Of a stretch of 64,000 nt of DNA, positions 56,090 to 64,000 are shown piece by piece. A program made the translations under genes and the position numbers. Location: positions 57,970-121,969 of the forward strand of contig CALCLY010000025.1 of NCBI GenBank assembly GCA_937966555.1, given 5' to 3'. This DNA is from an uncultured Clostridia bacterium (lineage in GTDB: Bacteria; Bacillota; Clostridia; UMGS1883; UMGS1540). The notes beneath the pieces were generated by a model. The model did no database searches. It had not been told where the DNA came from and saw only the letters and a program-made list of their open reading frames with translations. How positions within the stretch are numbered: position 1 is the stretch's first letter; each line of letters begins with the position of its first letter.

Positions 56090-57951
56090 TTAAAAACTTT
56101 GATGAATTAAATTCAAAAATTTGTGATTGCTCCAAAAGCTTTGACGCCAAAATGGTGGGAGAAAACGGTAAGCGCGCAATACTTCTTTGCGGCGGTACGG
56201 GATGTCTTTCGTCAAATTCGGCCGAAATTCAGGAGAAATTTTCCGAGCTTGTAAAAGAACATAAAATGGAGGACAAGGTTTCGGTTAACAAAGTCGGCTG
56301 TTTCGGCTTCTGCTCACAGGGACCTTTTGTAAAGATTTATCCCGAAGACACGCTTTACCGTCTTGTCTGTCTTGACGATGTTGAAGAAATTTTCGAAAAA
56401 GACATAATAAACCATGAGGTTGTTGAAAGACTTTTGTATGTTGACCCTGCAACAAAAGAGCATGTTACAAAGCAGGATGATATAAACTTCTATAAAAAGC
56501 AGGTGCGTGTTGCTTTGCACGGCTGCGGTCAGATAAACCCCGAGGATATCGAAGAGGCTTTGGGCTTTGACGCATTTAAGGGTCTTATAAAAGCTCTTTC
56601 AATGTCTCGCGAGGACGTTATAAAAGAGGTTTTGGATTCCGGACTTCGCGGCAGAGGAGGAGGCGGCTTCCCAACGGGCAGAAAATGGCAGTTTGCGTTT
56701 GCTCAGCCCGACGGTGAGAAATATGTTGTCTGTAACGGCGACGAGGGTGACCCCGGTGCTTTTATGGACAGGTCAATCCTCGAAGGCAACCCTCTTGCCG
56801 TTATAGAAGGCATGATGATTGCCGGTTACGCAATAGGCGCACAAAACGGTTATTTTTACGTTCGTGCGGAATATCCCATTGCCGTTAACAGACTTAAAAT
56901 AGCTATAAAGCAGGCTGAAGAGCTTGGACTTTTGGGAGAAAACATTTTGGGCACGGGTTTCTCGTTCCGCGTTCATATAAGACTCGGCGCCGGCGCATTC
57001 GTGTGCGGTGAGGAAACGGCTCTTCTGAATTCCATAGAGGGTCAGAGAGGTATGCCGCGTCCCCGTCCGCCGTTCCCGGCAGTTAAGGGTCTGTGGCAGA
57101 GCCCGACTATAGTAAATAACGTTGAAACGCTTGCAACCGTTCCCTATATATTAAGAGAGGGCGCCGCAAAGTTTGCGGAATACGGCACGGAAAATTCCAA
57201 GGGCACCAAGGTGTTCGCCCTCGGCGGTAAAATAAACAACGTTGGTCTTGTTGAGGTTCCCATGGGCACAACGCTCCGCGAGCTTATCTATGATATCGGC
57301 GGCGGAATCCCCGAAGGAAAGAAATTCAAGGCTATACAGACGGGCGGTCCCTCCGGCGGCTGTTTGACAGAGAAGGATCTCGACACGCCCATAGACTTCA
57401 ACAGTCTCGTTGCAAAAGGCTCAATGATGGGCTCCGGCGGCGCAATTGTTATGGACGAGGATAACTGTATGGTTGACGTTGCAAAATTCTATATGGAATT
57501 TATCTGCGACGAGTCCTGCGGTAAGTGCTCACCCTGCCGTATCGGTACAAAGAGAATGCTCGAGCTTCTCACAAAGATAACCGAGGGTAAGGCTGATATG
57601 GAAGATTTAAACCAGCTTGAAGAGCTTGCCGCTACAATTAAAAACGGCGCTTTGTGCGCTCTGGGGCAGACGGCGGCAAACCCCGTTACGTCAACCCTTA
57701 CTCATTTCAGAGATGAATACATAGCTCATATCGTTGACAAGAACTGTCCCGCACATGTTTGCAAGAGACTTACAAGCTACAGCATTGACCCCGACAAGTG
57801 TAAAAAATGCAGTCTCTGTGCAAGACAGTGTCCCGTTGATGCTATTTCGGGCGTTGTCGGCAAGGAACCGTTCGTAATCGACCGGAGCAAGTGTATAAAG
57901 TGCGGAATGTGTATGTCTTCCTGCAAATTCGGCGCTGTTATAAAGAAATAA
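56086..57951 (+). CDS. hydB: [FeFe]-hydrogenase subunit HydB (NuoF-like NAD(P)H/FMN-binding subunit with N-terminal [2Fe-2S] and C-terminal 2x[4Fe-4S])
   Basis: The GRGGGGFPTGRKW FMN/NADH motif, a SLBB region, the 4Fe-4S C-X2-C-X2-C-X3-C motifs CKKCSLCARQCP and CIKCGMCMSSC, and an N-terminal thioredoxin-like Cys pattern. Confidence 0.85.
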   Translation: MIKNFDELNSKICDCSKSFDAKMVGENGKRAILLCGGTGCLSSNSAEIQEKFSELVKEHKMEDKVSVNKVGCFGFCSQGPFVKIYPEDTLYRLVCLDDVEEIFEKDIINHEVVERLLYVDPATKEHVTKQDDINFYKKQVRVALHGCGQINPEDIEEALGFDAFKGLIKALSMSREDVIKEVLDSGLRGRGGGGFPTGRKWQFAFAQPDGEKYVVCNGDEGDPGAFMDRSILEGNPLAVIEGMMIAGYAIGAQNGYFYVRAEYPIAVNRLKIAIKQAEELGLLGENILGTGFSFRVHIRLGAGAFVCGEETALLNSIEGQRGMPRPRPPFPAVKGLWQSPTIVNNVETLATVPYILREGAAKFAEYGTENSKGTKVFALGGKINNVGLVEVPMGTTLRELIYDIGGGIPEGKKFKAIQTGGPSGGCLTEKDLDTPIDFNSLVAKGSMMGSGGAIVMDEDNCMVDVAKFYMEFICDESCGKCSPCRIGTKRMLELLTKITEGKADMEDLNQLEELAATIKNGALCALGQTAANPVTSTLTHFRDEYIAHIVDKNCPAHVCKRLTSYSIDPDKCKKCSLCARQCPVDAISGVVGKEPFVIDRSKCIKCGMCMSSCKFGAVIKK

Positions 57952-57965
57952 GGGAGGGAAATTAA

Positions 57966-59732
57966 GTGTCAGAAATTAATATTAAAATAGAAGGCGTTTC
58001 CTACAAAGTTGAGGAGGGGCTTACAATACTTGAGGCCGCCAAAAAGTGCGGTTATGAAATTCCGTCCCTTTGTGCATACAATCACGGTGAATGTTCAAGA
58101 GGTTCCTGCCGCGTATGTCTCGTTGAGGCAACCGGGGCAAGAGGTCTTGTAGCATCCTGTGTGTATCCCGTAAGCGAAGGAATGGAAATCACAATTTCGT
58201 CGCCCAAGGCGGTTGCGGCAAGGCGTGCATCTGTTGAGCTGCTTCTTTCAAACCACTCGACAGACTGTCAGCAGTGCGATAAAAACGAATACTGCGAGCT
58301 TTTGCACGTTGCGCGCATTACGGGCGCGAGAGAGGGTATGTTTGAGGGAGAAAAAACCCCGACAACCTTGGACGAGCTTACGCCGTCCATCGTTCGCGAT
58401 ACGTCAAAATGTATTCTCTGCGGAAGATGTATCGAAAGATGTAAAAATGCTCACGGAAAAGGTATTTTGGGATTTGAGAACCGCGGCTTTGCAACAATTG
58501 TTGCACCTGCCGAAAACAGATCCTTTGCAAATTCGCCGTGTATACTCTGCGGTCAGTGCACAAGCGTCTGTCCTACGGGCGCATTGATGGAAAAGTCCGA
58601 AATACATAAAATTGACGAGGCGAAAAGCCGCGGTAAATTCATAGTTGTTCAGACGGCTCCTGCGGTTCGTGCGGCGCTTGGCGAGGAATTCGGAATGAAA
58701 ATAGGCACGCCCGTTACCGGAAAAATGGTTGCGGCGCTTCGCCGTCTTGGTTTCGACAAGGTTTACGATACCGATTTTGCCGCTGACCTCACAATTATGG
58801 AGGAGGCAACCGAGCTTCTCGGAAGAATAACAAACGGCGGAGTTCTTCCGATGATAACATCGTGCTCCCCCGGCTGGATAAACTACGCGGAGTATAATTA
58901 TTCCGATTTGCTTCCGCATCTTTCAAGCTGCAAATCGCCTCATGAGATGTTCGGCGCAATAGTTAAGTCCTACTATGCCGAGAAAAACGGCATTGATCCG
59001 GCTGATATTTTTGTTGTTTCAATTATGCCCTGTACGGCAAAGAAATTTGAAAAGGAAAGAGAACAGCTTAAAACAAACGGATTTATGGACGTTGACGCTG
59101 TCTTAACAACACGTGAGCTTGCAAAGCTTATAAAGCGTTCAGGCATAAACTTCAAAAAGCTTCCGGATGAGGAGTTTGACGCTGATTTGCTCGGCGATTA
59201 CACCGGAGCCGGCGTTATCTTCGGCGTTACCGGCGGCGTTATGGAGGCTGCATTGAGAACGGCTTATCACGCGCTCACAGGTAAAGAGCATGAGCTTATT
59301 AAGTTTGAAGCTGTTCGCGGTTTTGACGGAATCCGTGAAGCAAGCCTTGATATAAACGGCACCATTATAAATGTTGCTGTGGCACACGGCATGAAAAACG
59401 CAAAGGTTTTGCTTGACGATATAAGAGCGGGCAAGTCAAAATATCACTTTATCGAGATAATGGGCTGCCCCGGCGGATGTATTGCGGGCGGCGGTCAGCC
59501 GTATGTGAAACCGTGCTTTTTGCCCGATGAGGATATTGATATTCTCGATACGTATAAGGAAAAGAGAGCAGCGGCGCTTTATTCCGAGGACGAAAGAAAC
59601 GCTGTGCGTCAGTCTCACAACAATATGCAGGTTAAGGCGCTTTATGATGAGTTTTTGGGAGAACCTAATTCGCATAAGGCTCATGAGCTTTTGCATACGA
59701 CATATGCGGCGCGTGAGGGCTTTAACGACTGA
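57966..59732 (+). CDS. hydA: [FeFe]-hydrogenase catalytic subunit HydA (M3 type: 2Fe-2S, His-ligated 4Fe-4S, 2x4Fe-4S, H-cluster), GTG start
   Basis: H-cluster motifs L2 MPCTAKKFE and L3 EIMGCPGGCIAGGGQP. L1 reads TSCSPGW, where the canonical form is TSCCPxW. Also the N-terminal ferredoxin-type Cys patterns. Confidence 0.85.
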   Translation: MSEINIKIEGVSYKVEEGLTILEAAKKCGYEIPSLCAYNHGECSRGSCRVCLVEATGARGLVASCVYPVSEGMEITISSPKAVAARRASVELLLSNHSTDCQQCDKNEYCELLHVARITGAREGMFEGEKTPTTLDELTPSIVRDTSKCILCGRCIERCKNAHGKGILGFENRGFATIVAPAENRSFANSPCILCGQCTSVCPTGALMEKSEIHKIDEAKSRGKFIVVQTAPAVRAALGEEFGMKIGTPVTGKMVAALRRLGFDKVYDTDFAADLTIMEEATELLGRITNGGVLPMITSCSPGWINYAEYNYSDLLPHLSSCKSPHEMFGAIVKSYYAEKNGIDPADIFVVSIMPCTAKKFEKEREQLKTNGFMDVDAVLTTRELAKLIKRSGINFKKLPDEEFDADLLGDYTGAGVIFGVTGGVMEAALRTAYHALTGKEHELIKFEAVRGFDGIREASLDINGTIINVAVAHGMKNAKVLLDDIRAGKSKYHFIEIMGCPGGCIAGGGQPYVKPCFLPDEDIDILDTYKEKRAAALYSEDERNAVRQSHNNMQVKALYDEFLGEPNSHKAHELLHTTYAAREGFND

Positions 59733-59745
59733 TATTTGCTTTTAA

Positions 59746-60075
59746 AAAAACAAAGCTGTTTAAAAAGCCACAACCCGATAAGGAAGTATTGGTTTTGAAA
59801 GCCGTTCTTTAAGTTTATACTTCGTAAACAGGCGGTCGTATACGTCAGTATTACGACCGCCTGTTTTCTTGTCTAAAGCTTAAACTCCGACCTTCAAAAC
59901 TGCTCTGCACCCTGTAAACAATATTTTTTGATGAAGTTCAAGGCAAAAAAGCGAGTAATCCTGTCGGATTTCGAGCCTTTTTTAACGCTGAAATTCGCAA
60001 AAAAGATGTTTAGCAGGGCAATACTTCCTTGCCGGGCTGTGGCTAAAGTCAGTTGACTTTTTAAACAGCTTTTTT
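59746..60075. mobile_element. MITE-like non-coding element bounded by ~50 bp imperfect terminal inverted repeats
   Basis: Left arm AAAGCTGTTTAAAAAGCCACAACCCGATAAGGAAGTATTG (59752-59792). The right arm reverse-complements to AAAGCTGTTTAAAAAG[14 nt insert]CCACAGCCCGGCAAGGAAGTATTG (60020-60072). No ORF between the arms. Confidence 0.45.
59826..59870 (+). terminator. Terminator after hydA (AAACAGGCGGTCGTA ... TACGACCGCCTGTTT + TCTTG), lying inside the MITE-like element
   Basis: 15 bp inverted repeat with a T-rich tail. Confidence 0.6.
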
Positions 60076-60089
60076 TATGAGGTAAACAA

Positions 60090-60118
60090 TTGCTTTTTAA
60101 GCTGTTTGATGATATAAT
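60090..60118 (+). promoter_or_regulatory. Promoter for the M20 amidohydrolase gene (TTGCTT - 17 - TGaTATAAT)
   Basis: Hexamers read directly, immediately right of the MITE-like element. Confidence 0.45.
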
Positions 60119-60167
60119 ATATACAATATAAGAAGAATTTGAATTTTATAAGAGGTGATTGACTGAT

Positions 60168-61511
60168 ATGAACGAACGAATGAAGCATATATCGGATGCT
60201 GTTGAAAAACATTCAAAATTGATTTTGGAAGCGGAAAGACATATCTGGAAAAACCCCGAAACAGGTTATAAAGAAGAAAAAACAAGCAAATATCTTGAAG
60301 GCAAATTCAAAGAAATGGGATATAACACAACTCCTGCCGGAGATATACCCGGGTTTTGCGCAGAGCTTGATACCGGAAGAAAAGGACCGTGTGTTCTTGT
60401 TTTGGGGGAAATGGATTCGCTTATATGCGCTGAGCACCCCGAGTGCGATCCTGTTACAAAGGCCGCACATGTATGCGGACACAATGCGCAAACCGCAGCG
60501 CTTCTCGGAGTTGCGGCAGCTTTGGCGGACAGTGATATTGCAGAAAACTGGAGCGGAAAAGTGAGATTTTGCGCCGTGCCCGCCGAAGAACTTATAGAAA
60601 TCGGTTTTCGTGATACGCTTAAGGAAAAAGGAATTATAAAATATTACGGCGGTAAAACGGAGTTTTTGTACAGAGGATATTTTGATGGTGCCGATATGGC
60701 GATGATGGTGCATGCAAGGGCATGTGAGGGGTTCTATTTTAATGCGGGAAGCGTTGGCTGTCTTGCAAAAAAAATAGTATATAAAGGAAAAAGCGCACAT
60801 GCGGGCGGAGCGCCGCATGAAGGCATTAACGCTCTGTATGCCGCAAATCTCGGGCTTTCCGCTGTAAATGCGCTTCGTGAAACCTTCAGAGAATGTGACA
60901 CTATAAGATTCCACCCGATTATAACAAAAGGCGGAAGCGCGGTAAACGCAATTCCGGACGAGGTTATCGTTGAAAGCTATGTAAGAGGTATGACACTTGA
61001 CGCAATAGAACGTGAAAACAATAAAATAAACCGCGCTCTGACAGCAGCGGCGGCCGCAATGGGCGCAAATGTTGAAATTTTTGATAACCCCGGATACAGC
61101 CCGTACGTAACGGACAAAAATTTTGCTGAGGCGGCATTAAAATCCGTTTCGGGCACGCCGTATGAATACAAATTTAATTTCGGCGAAACCGAAACATCAA
61201 GTACGGATATGGGCGATTTATCAAGCGTTATGCCTACAATTCAGCCGTATGCCGGTGGTGCCGTAGGCACTCAGCACGGCAAAGATTTTTATATAAAAGA
61301 CCCTCAGACAGCTTGTGTTGACAATGCAAAGGTTCAAATAAGAATTCTTGATGAGCTTCTGTGCGGCGGCGCGGAAACCGCAATAAAAATAGCTGCCGAA
61401 GCAAAGCCGCTTTTTGCATCAAAAGAAGATTATTTCAAAAAAATAGATTCCCTCGTTCAAAGCGGAGACCGCATAAAATATGAGGACGGCAGAATTATTT
61501 TAAGAGGCTGA
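60168..61511 (+). CDS. M20D-family amidohydrolase (aminoacylase/hippurate hydrolase-like)
   Basis: HVCGHNAQTAALLGVAAAL metal-binding motif of M20D peptidases. Start taken at the ATG at 60168 after AGAGGTGA; the track lists a TTG at 60159. Confidence 0.7.
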   Translation: MNERMKHISDAVEKHSKLILEAERHIWKNPETGYKEEKTSKYLEGKFKEMGYNTTPAGDIPGFCAELDTGRKGPCVLVLGEMDSLICAEHPECDPVTKAAHVCGHNAQTAALLGVAAALADSDIAENWSGKVRFCAVPAEELIEIGFRDTLKEKGIIKYYGGKTEFLYRGYFDGADMAMMVHARACEGFYFNAGSVGCLAKKIVYKGKSAHAGGAPHEGINALYAANLGLSAVNALRETFRECDTIRFHPIITKGGSAVNAIPDEVIVESYVRGMTLDAIERENNKINRALTAAAAAMGANVEIFDNPGYSPYVTDKNFAEAALKSVSGTPYEYKFNFGETETSSTDMGDLSSVMPTIQPYAGGAVGTQHGKDFYIKDPQTACVDNAKVQIRILDELLCGGAETAIKIAAEAKPLFASKEDYFKKIDSLVQSGDRIKYEDGRIILRG

Positions 61512-62532
61512 GCACAATAAGAAATAAAATCGACACAAAGCCCGAAAAGCCCGAAAACATGAAGATCTTTTCGGAAATAATATCGGAAAACGAAGAGAGC
61601 GAAACAGGGAAGAAAATAAGCAGAATATATGCGCACAGCGCGGATAAAACCGCACACAAAAGTTTGCCCCAAATGCAGTAAAAAAGAGAGAGGCGCGCGT
61701 CTTTTGTAAATGCCAGCGTCTGCATGAAAACGGATATGCCGCCAAACGATATCACCGCGGCGGCGCACGGAATACTTTTTGAGGCGGACGAAAAAAGCGC
61801 TGTTGTTATTTCGAAAAGTCCGCATGAAAAAAGCTCGGCATTTTCCGTCGAAAGTCCCAAGCGACAAAGAAAAGAAGTCAGAAACGAAATGACTCCGCTT
61901 TGACGGAGAATTGACAGTACAACCGAAAAAAATACCACCGTGCCGCAGAGAGACAGCATGCTTTCTGCGGCACGGCTTATTGAATTTTCGGAATTTATTG
62001 CCGATGCTGCAAACTGCTGTGTGCCGCTTTCTTGTTTTTTGGCAAAGAACGAAAAAATAATTCCGCACAAAATGGCGCCAAGGACATGTGAAACATACAA
62101 AATAACCCCGGCGCGTGTGCTGCCGAAAATGCCGAGACCCACGGCGCTTATAATAAAAAGAGGACCGGAGTTATTTGAAAAGGCCAAAAGGCGGTTGGCT
62201 TCATTTTTCGTGAGAGAACCGTTTTTATAAAGACTGCAAACCGTGGCGGCTCCGCACGGATATCCGCTTAAAAATCCTAAAACAATCGGCAGAGCGCCGC
62301 TCCCTCCGACCGAAAAAAGCGGACGGGTGATTTTGCCTGCGTATTTGGATATTTTGTCCGCTGCGCCGAGCGAAACCAATATATTTGAACATACCAAAAA
62401 AGGAAAAATTGACGGAATCAATACATCGGAACAAAGAATCAGTGCATTTTTCGCCGCTTCGCGCGACTGAACGGGCATTGCAGCAATGCAGAGCGCAAGA
62501 AGCGCCGTGAATATAACGGCAATTTTTTTCAT
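61495..62532 (-). CDS. ylbJ: Sporulation integral membrane protein YlbJ-like (nucleoside-recognition/Gate domain)
   Basis: 345 aa polytopic membrane protein with Gly-rich Gate-like segments (GGSGALPIVLGFLSGYPCGA). It is convergent with the M20 gene and divergent from yqfC. Confidence 0.5.
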   Translation of the reverse strand: MKKIAVIFTALLALCIAAMPVQSREAAKNALILCSDVLIPSIFPFLVCSNILVSLGAADKISKYAGKITRPLFSVGGSGALPIVLGFLSGYPCGAATVCSLYKNGSLTKNEANRLLAFSNNSGPLFIISAVGLGIFGSTRAGVILYVSHVLGAILCGIIFSFFAKKQESGTQQFAASAINSENSISRAAESMLSLCGTVVFFSVVLSILRQSGVISFLTSFLCRLGLSTENAELFSCGLFEITTALFSSASKSIPCAAAVISFGGISVFMQTLAFTKDARLSLFYCIWGKLLCAVLSALCAYILLIFFPVSLSSFSDIISEKIFMFSGFSGFVSILFLIVLSLLK

Positions 62533-62612
62533 AATGACACCTCACTATACTTATATTTAAAACAAGTCATAAAAATGCATAAGATGCATATATTTTTACG
62601 GAGGTGACTGCG

Positions 62613-62885
62613 GTGAAAAAAAGAATACCCAAAATAGAAAAAGCTGTGGAAGCGCTTGATCTGCCGCGCGAGCTGGTGCTGGGAATACCGTATCTCACAG
62701 TACTCGGCGACAGAGAGGCGCGCCTTGAAAACTACAGCGGCGTGGCGGAATACACCGAAACGGGAATATCCGTATGCACTTCTATAGGCATATACGAAAT
62801 CCGCGGAGAGGGGCTTTCCATAAAAGCCATAACGGGAGAAGATGTTACAATATGCGGCAGGGTGACGGGGTTTGATTTGAAATGA
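62613..62885 (+). CDS. yqfC: Sporulation protein YqfC (GTG start at 62613; track start 62604)
   Basis: ~90 aa with typical YqfC features (DLPRELVLGIPYLTVLG...ENY.GV.EYTE..I...GL.I.G..L.I). GGAGG 8 nt upstream. Immediately followed by yqfD. Confidence 0.7.
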   Translation: MKKRIPKIEKAVEALDLPRELVLGIPYLTVLGDREARLENYSGVAEYTETGISVCTSIGIYEIRGEGLSIKAITGEDVTICGRVTGFDLK

Positions 62886-64000
62886 TACTTGATTTTTTAT
62901 ATTTTTTAAGAGGATATCTTGTAATTAAGGTCTCAGGGCCTTTTATCGAGCGCTTTATTAATATTGCAACAAAAAACGGAATTTTGCTCAGAAAAATCAC
63001 GCGCGGCAAAGATTCTGCAACAATGCTTATAAGTGCACGCGGTTTCAAAAAAATCCGTTCGGCGGCAAGGAAAACAAAAACCTCCGCGAAAATCGTTGAA
63101 AAATGCGGACTTCCGCTTTTTTTACATAAACACAGAAAGCGCAGCTTTTTTTATGTGGGAATATGTATTTTCGGCGCGGTTTTATTGTGTTTATCGTCAT
63201 TTATATGGTCTGTTGAGATAGAAGGAACGGAAAAAATAGACAAAAATATTATAAGAGAAGCGTTAAGGTCTTGCGGTATTGACGCAGGTGTGGTAAAATA
63301 CAATCATAAGCTTTCCGATATACAGGATGATATGCTTTTGAAAGTGCCGTCTCTTTCGTGGTGCTGGGTGGAAATCAGAGGTACTCGTGCAATTGTTTCG
63401 GTGCGCGAAAGAAGCGAAAAACCCGAGATTGAACAAAGCGATATTCCGTGCAATATTGTTGCAAAAAGAGACGGGGTAATAAAAAAACTTACGGTTTTGC
63501 AGGGCGAGCCTGTTTTAAAAGAAGGCGAAGCTGTGCAAAAGGGCGGACTTATAGTAAGCGGCGCGCTTGACAGCTCCTTTTACGGCGTGAGACTTATTCA
63601 TGCGGACGCGGAGGTTGAGGCTGAAACATGGCATGAAAAAAGCGGTGTATTTCCGCTTGTGCGTACGGAAACGAAGGAAACGGGACGTGCGGAAAAAAGA
63701 TATGTTTTAAGTATATGCGGTAAAGATATAACGGTTTATCCGTTCTCAAAAATTTGTTTTTCGGATTATGAGATTGCGGAAGAAGAAAAAAAATTAAAGC
63801 TCTGGGGCGATTTTTATTTGCCGATTTCGGTAAAAATACAAAATGTTCGTGAAACCGAATCTGTAGAAATTCCGCAAAGCAATGAGGAGGCGGCGGATTT
63901 TTATGCTGCTGTGCTTTACGCAGACTTGGAAAAGGAAGCCGAAGATGCGGAAATAATAGAAAAAAACTCGGAATATACAGTGGAAAACGGAACAATTACA
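62882..64000 (+). CDS. yqfD: Stage IV sporulation protein YqfD, 3' end beyond the window; absent from the ORF track because no stop occurs before nt 64000
   Basis: Own translation from the ATG overlapping the yqfC TGA (ATGA): MILDFLYFLRGYLVIKVSGPFIERFINIATKNGILL...NIVAKRDGVIKKLTVLQGEPV...GGLIVSGALD. These resemble the B. subtilis YqfD hallmarks. A single TM segment sits around residue 100. Confidence 0.7.
   Translation, partial: MILDFLYFLRGYLVIKVSGPFIERFINIATKNGILLRKITRGKDSATMLISARGFKKIRSAARKTKTSAKIVEKCGLPLFLHKHRKRSFFYVGICIFGAVLLCLSSFIWSVEIEGTEKIDKNIIREALRSCGIDAGVVKYNHKLSDIQDDMLLKVPSLSWCWVEIRGTRAIVSVRERSEKPEIEQSDIPCNIVAKRDGVIKKLTVLQGEPVLKEGEAVQKGGLIVSGALDSSFYGVRLIHADAEVEAETWHEKSGVFPLVRTETKETGRAEKRYVLSICGKDITVYPFSKICFSDYEIAEEEKKLKLWGDFYLPISVKIQNVRETESVEIPQSNEEAADFYAAVLYADLEKEAEDAEIIEKNSEYTVENGTIT

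Noticed and set aside
63594-63995. 133 aa minus-strand ORF near the window end
   Set aside because: It lies antisense within the yqfD coding region, which has clear family resemblance. P/F-rich low-complexity translation.
1-64000. CRISPR arrays, tRNA/rRNA genes, transposases, integrases and toxin-antitoxin or restriction-type defence genes
   Set aside because: I scanned for regularly spaced direct repeats, tRNA-like cloverleaf candidates and characteristic protein motifs and found none. The only repeat structures are the MITE-like inverted repeats, the lyase paralogs and the short 3' motif.

Overview
This 64 kb window looks like chromosome from a spore-forming Clostridia-type Firmicute: sigK, ytfJ, ylbJ and yqfC/yqfD are present, there is an [FeFe]-hydrogenase operon, and GC content is roughly mid-40s percent. 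Coding density is high and almost all genes are on the + strand.

The blocks, in order:
- **1-6301:** a compact division/cell-wall cluster: mraY (5' end cut by the window), ftsW/spoVE, murG, murA, a POTRA-domain FtsQ/DivIB-like gene and ftsZ, with a promoter and terminator visible around ftsZ.
- **6630-16064:** a secreted repeat protein, a TetR regulator with a small membrane protein, a YabE-like DUF348/G5/3D-domain protein, lysA, an M50 protease, scpA/scpB, ytfI-like/ytfJ, sigK on the minus strand, and an orphan small protein.
- **16274-20258:** a c-di-GMP pair, a GGDEF cyclase with a Cys-rich N-terminus next to a large Cache-GGDEF(degenerate)-EAL membrane protein.
- **20559-31483:** an RpiR-regulated catabolic operon encoding an FAD-linked oxidase, a CCG-type Fe-S protein, a class II ketose-bisphosphate aldolase, a PfkB kinase, a KduI/IolB-family isomerase, an FGGY kinase, an unusual single-chain EtfB-EtfA fusion, a NagA-like deacetylase and a NagB-like deaminase.
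- **31568-55395:** the most interesting region. An AraC regulator sits next to a large locus of signal-peptide proteins that resembles a Gram-positive polysaccharide-utilisation locus. It holds three paralogous heparinase II/III-family lyases (two with a copper-amine-oxidase-N-like domain and a C-terminal discoidin domain, the third cytoplasmic and stripped down), two paralogous proteins made of tandem LamG/DUF1080-like jellyroll repeats that also occur at the N-terminus of lyase 1, two SLH-anchored proteins, a Gfo/Idh/MocA oxidoreductase and a GH43-like multidomain hydrolase.
- **55497-59732:** a trimeric bifurcating-type [FeFe] hydrogenase operon (hydC-hydB-hydA) behind a consensus sigma-A promoter. 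The HydA L1 motif reads TSCSPGW rather than TSCCPxW.
- **59746-60075:** a roughly 330 bp MITE-like element bounded by ~50 bp imperfect inverted repeats and carrying an internal terminator hairpin.
- **60168-64000:** an M20D amidohydrolase, ylbJ on the minus strand, yqfC and the start of yqfD.

A 20-28 nt sequence, GGATGTTAAAAA(C/G)CTCCGGAA, recurs immediately 3' of three unrelated genes in the sense orientation. No rRNA, tRNA, CRISPR array, transposase or obvious defence genes were seen.
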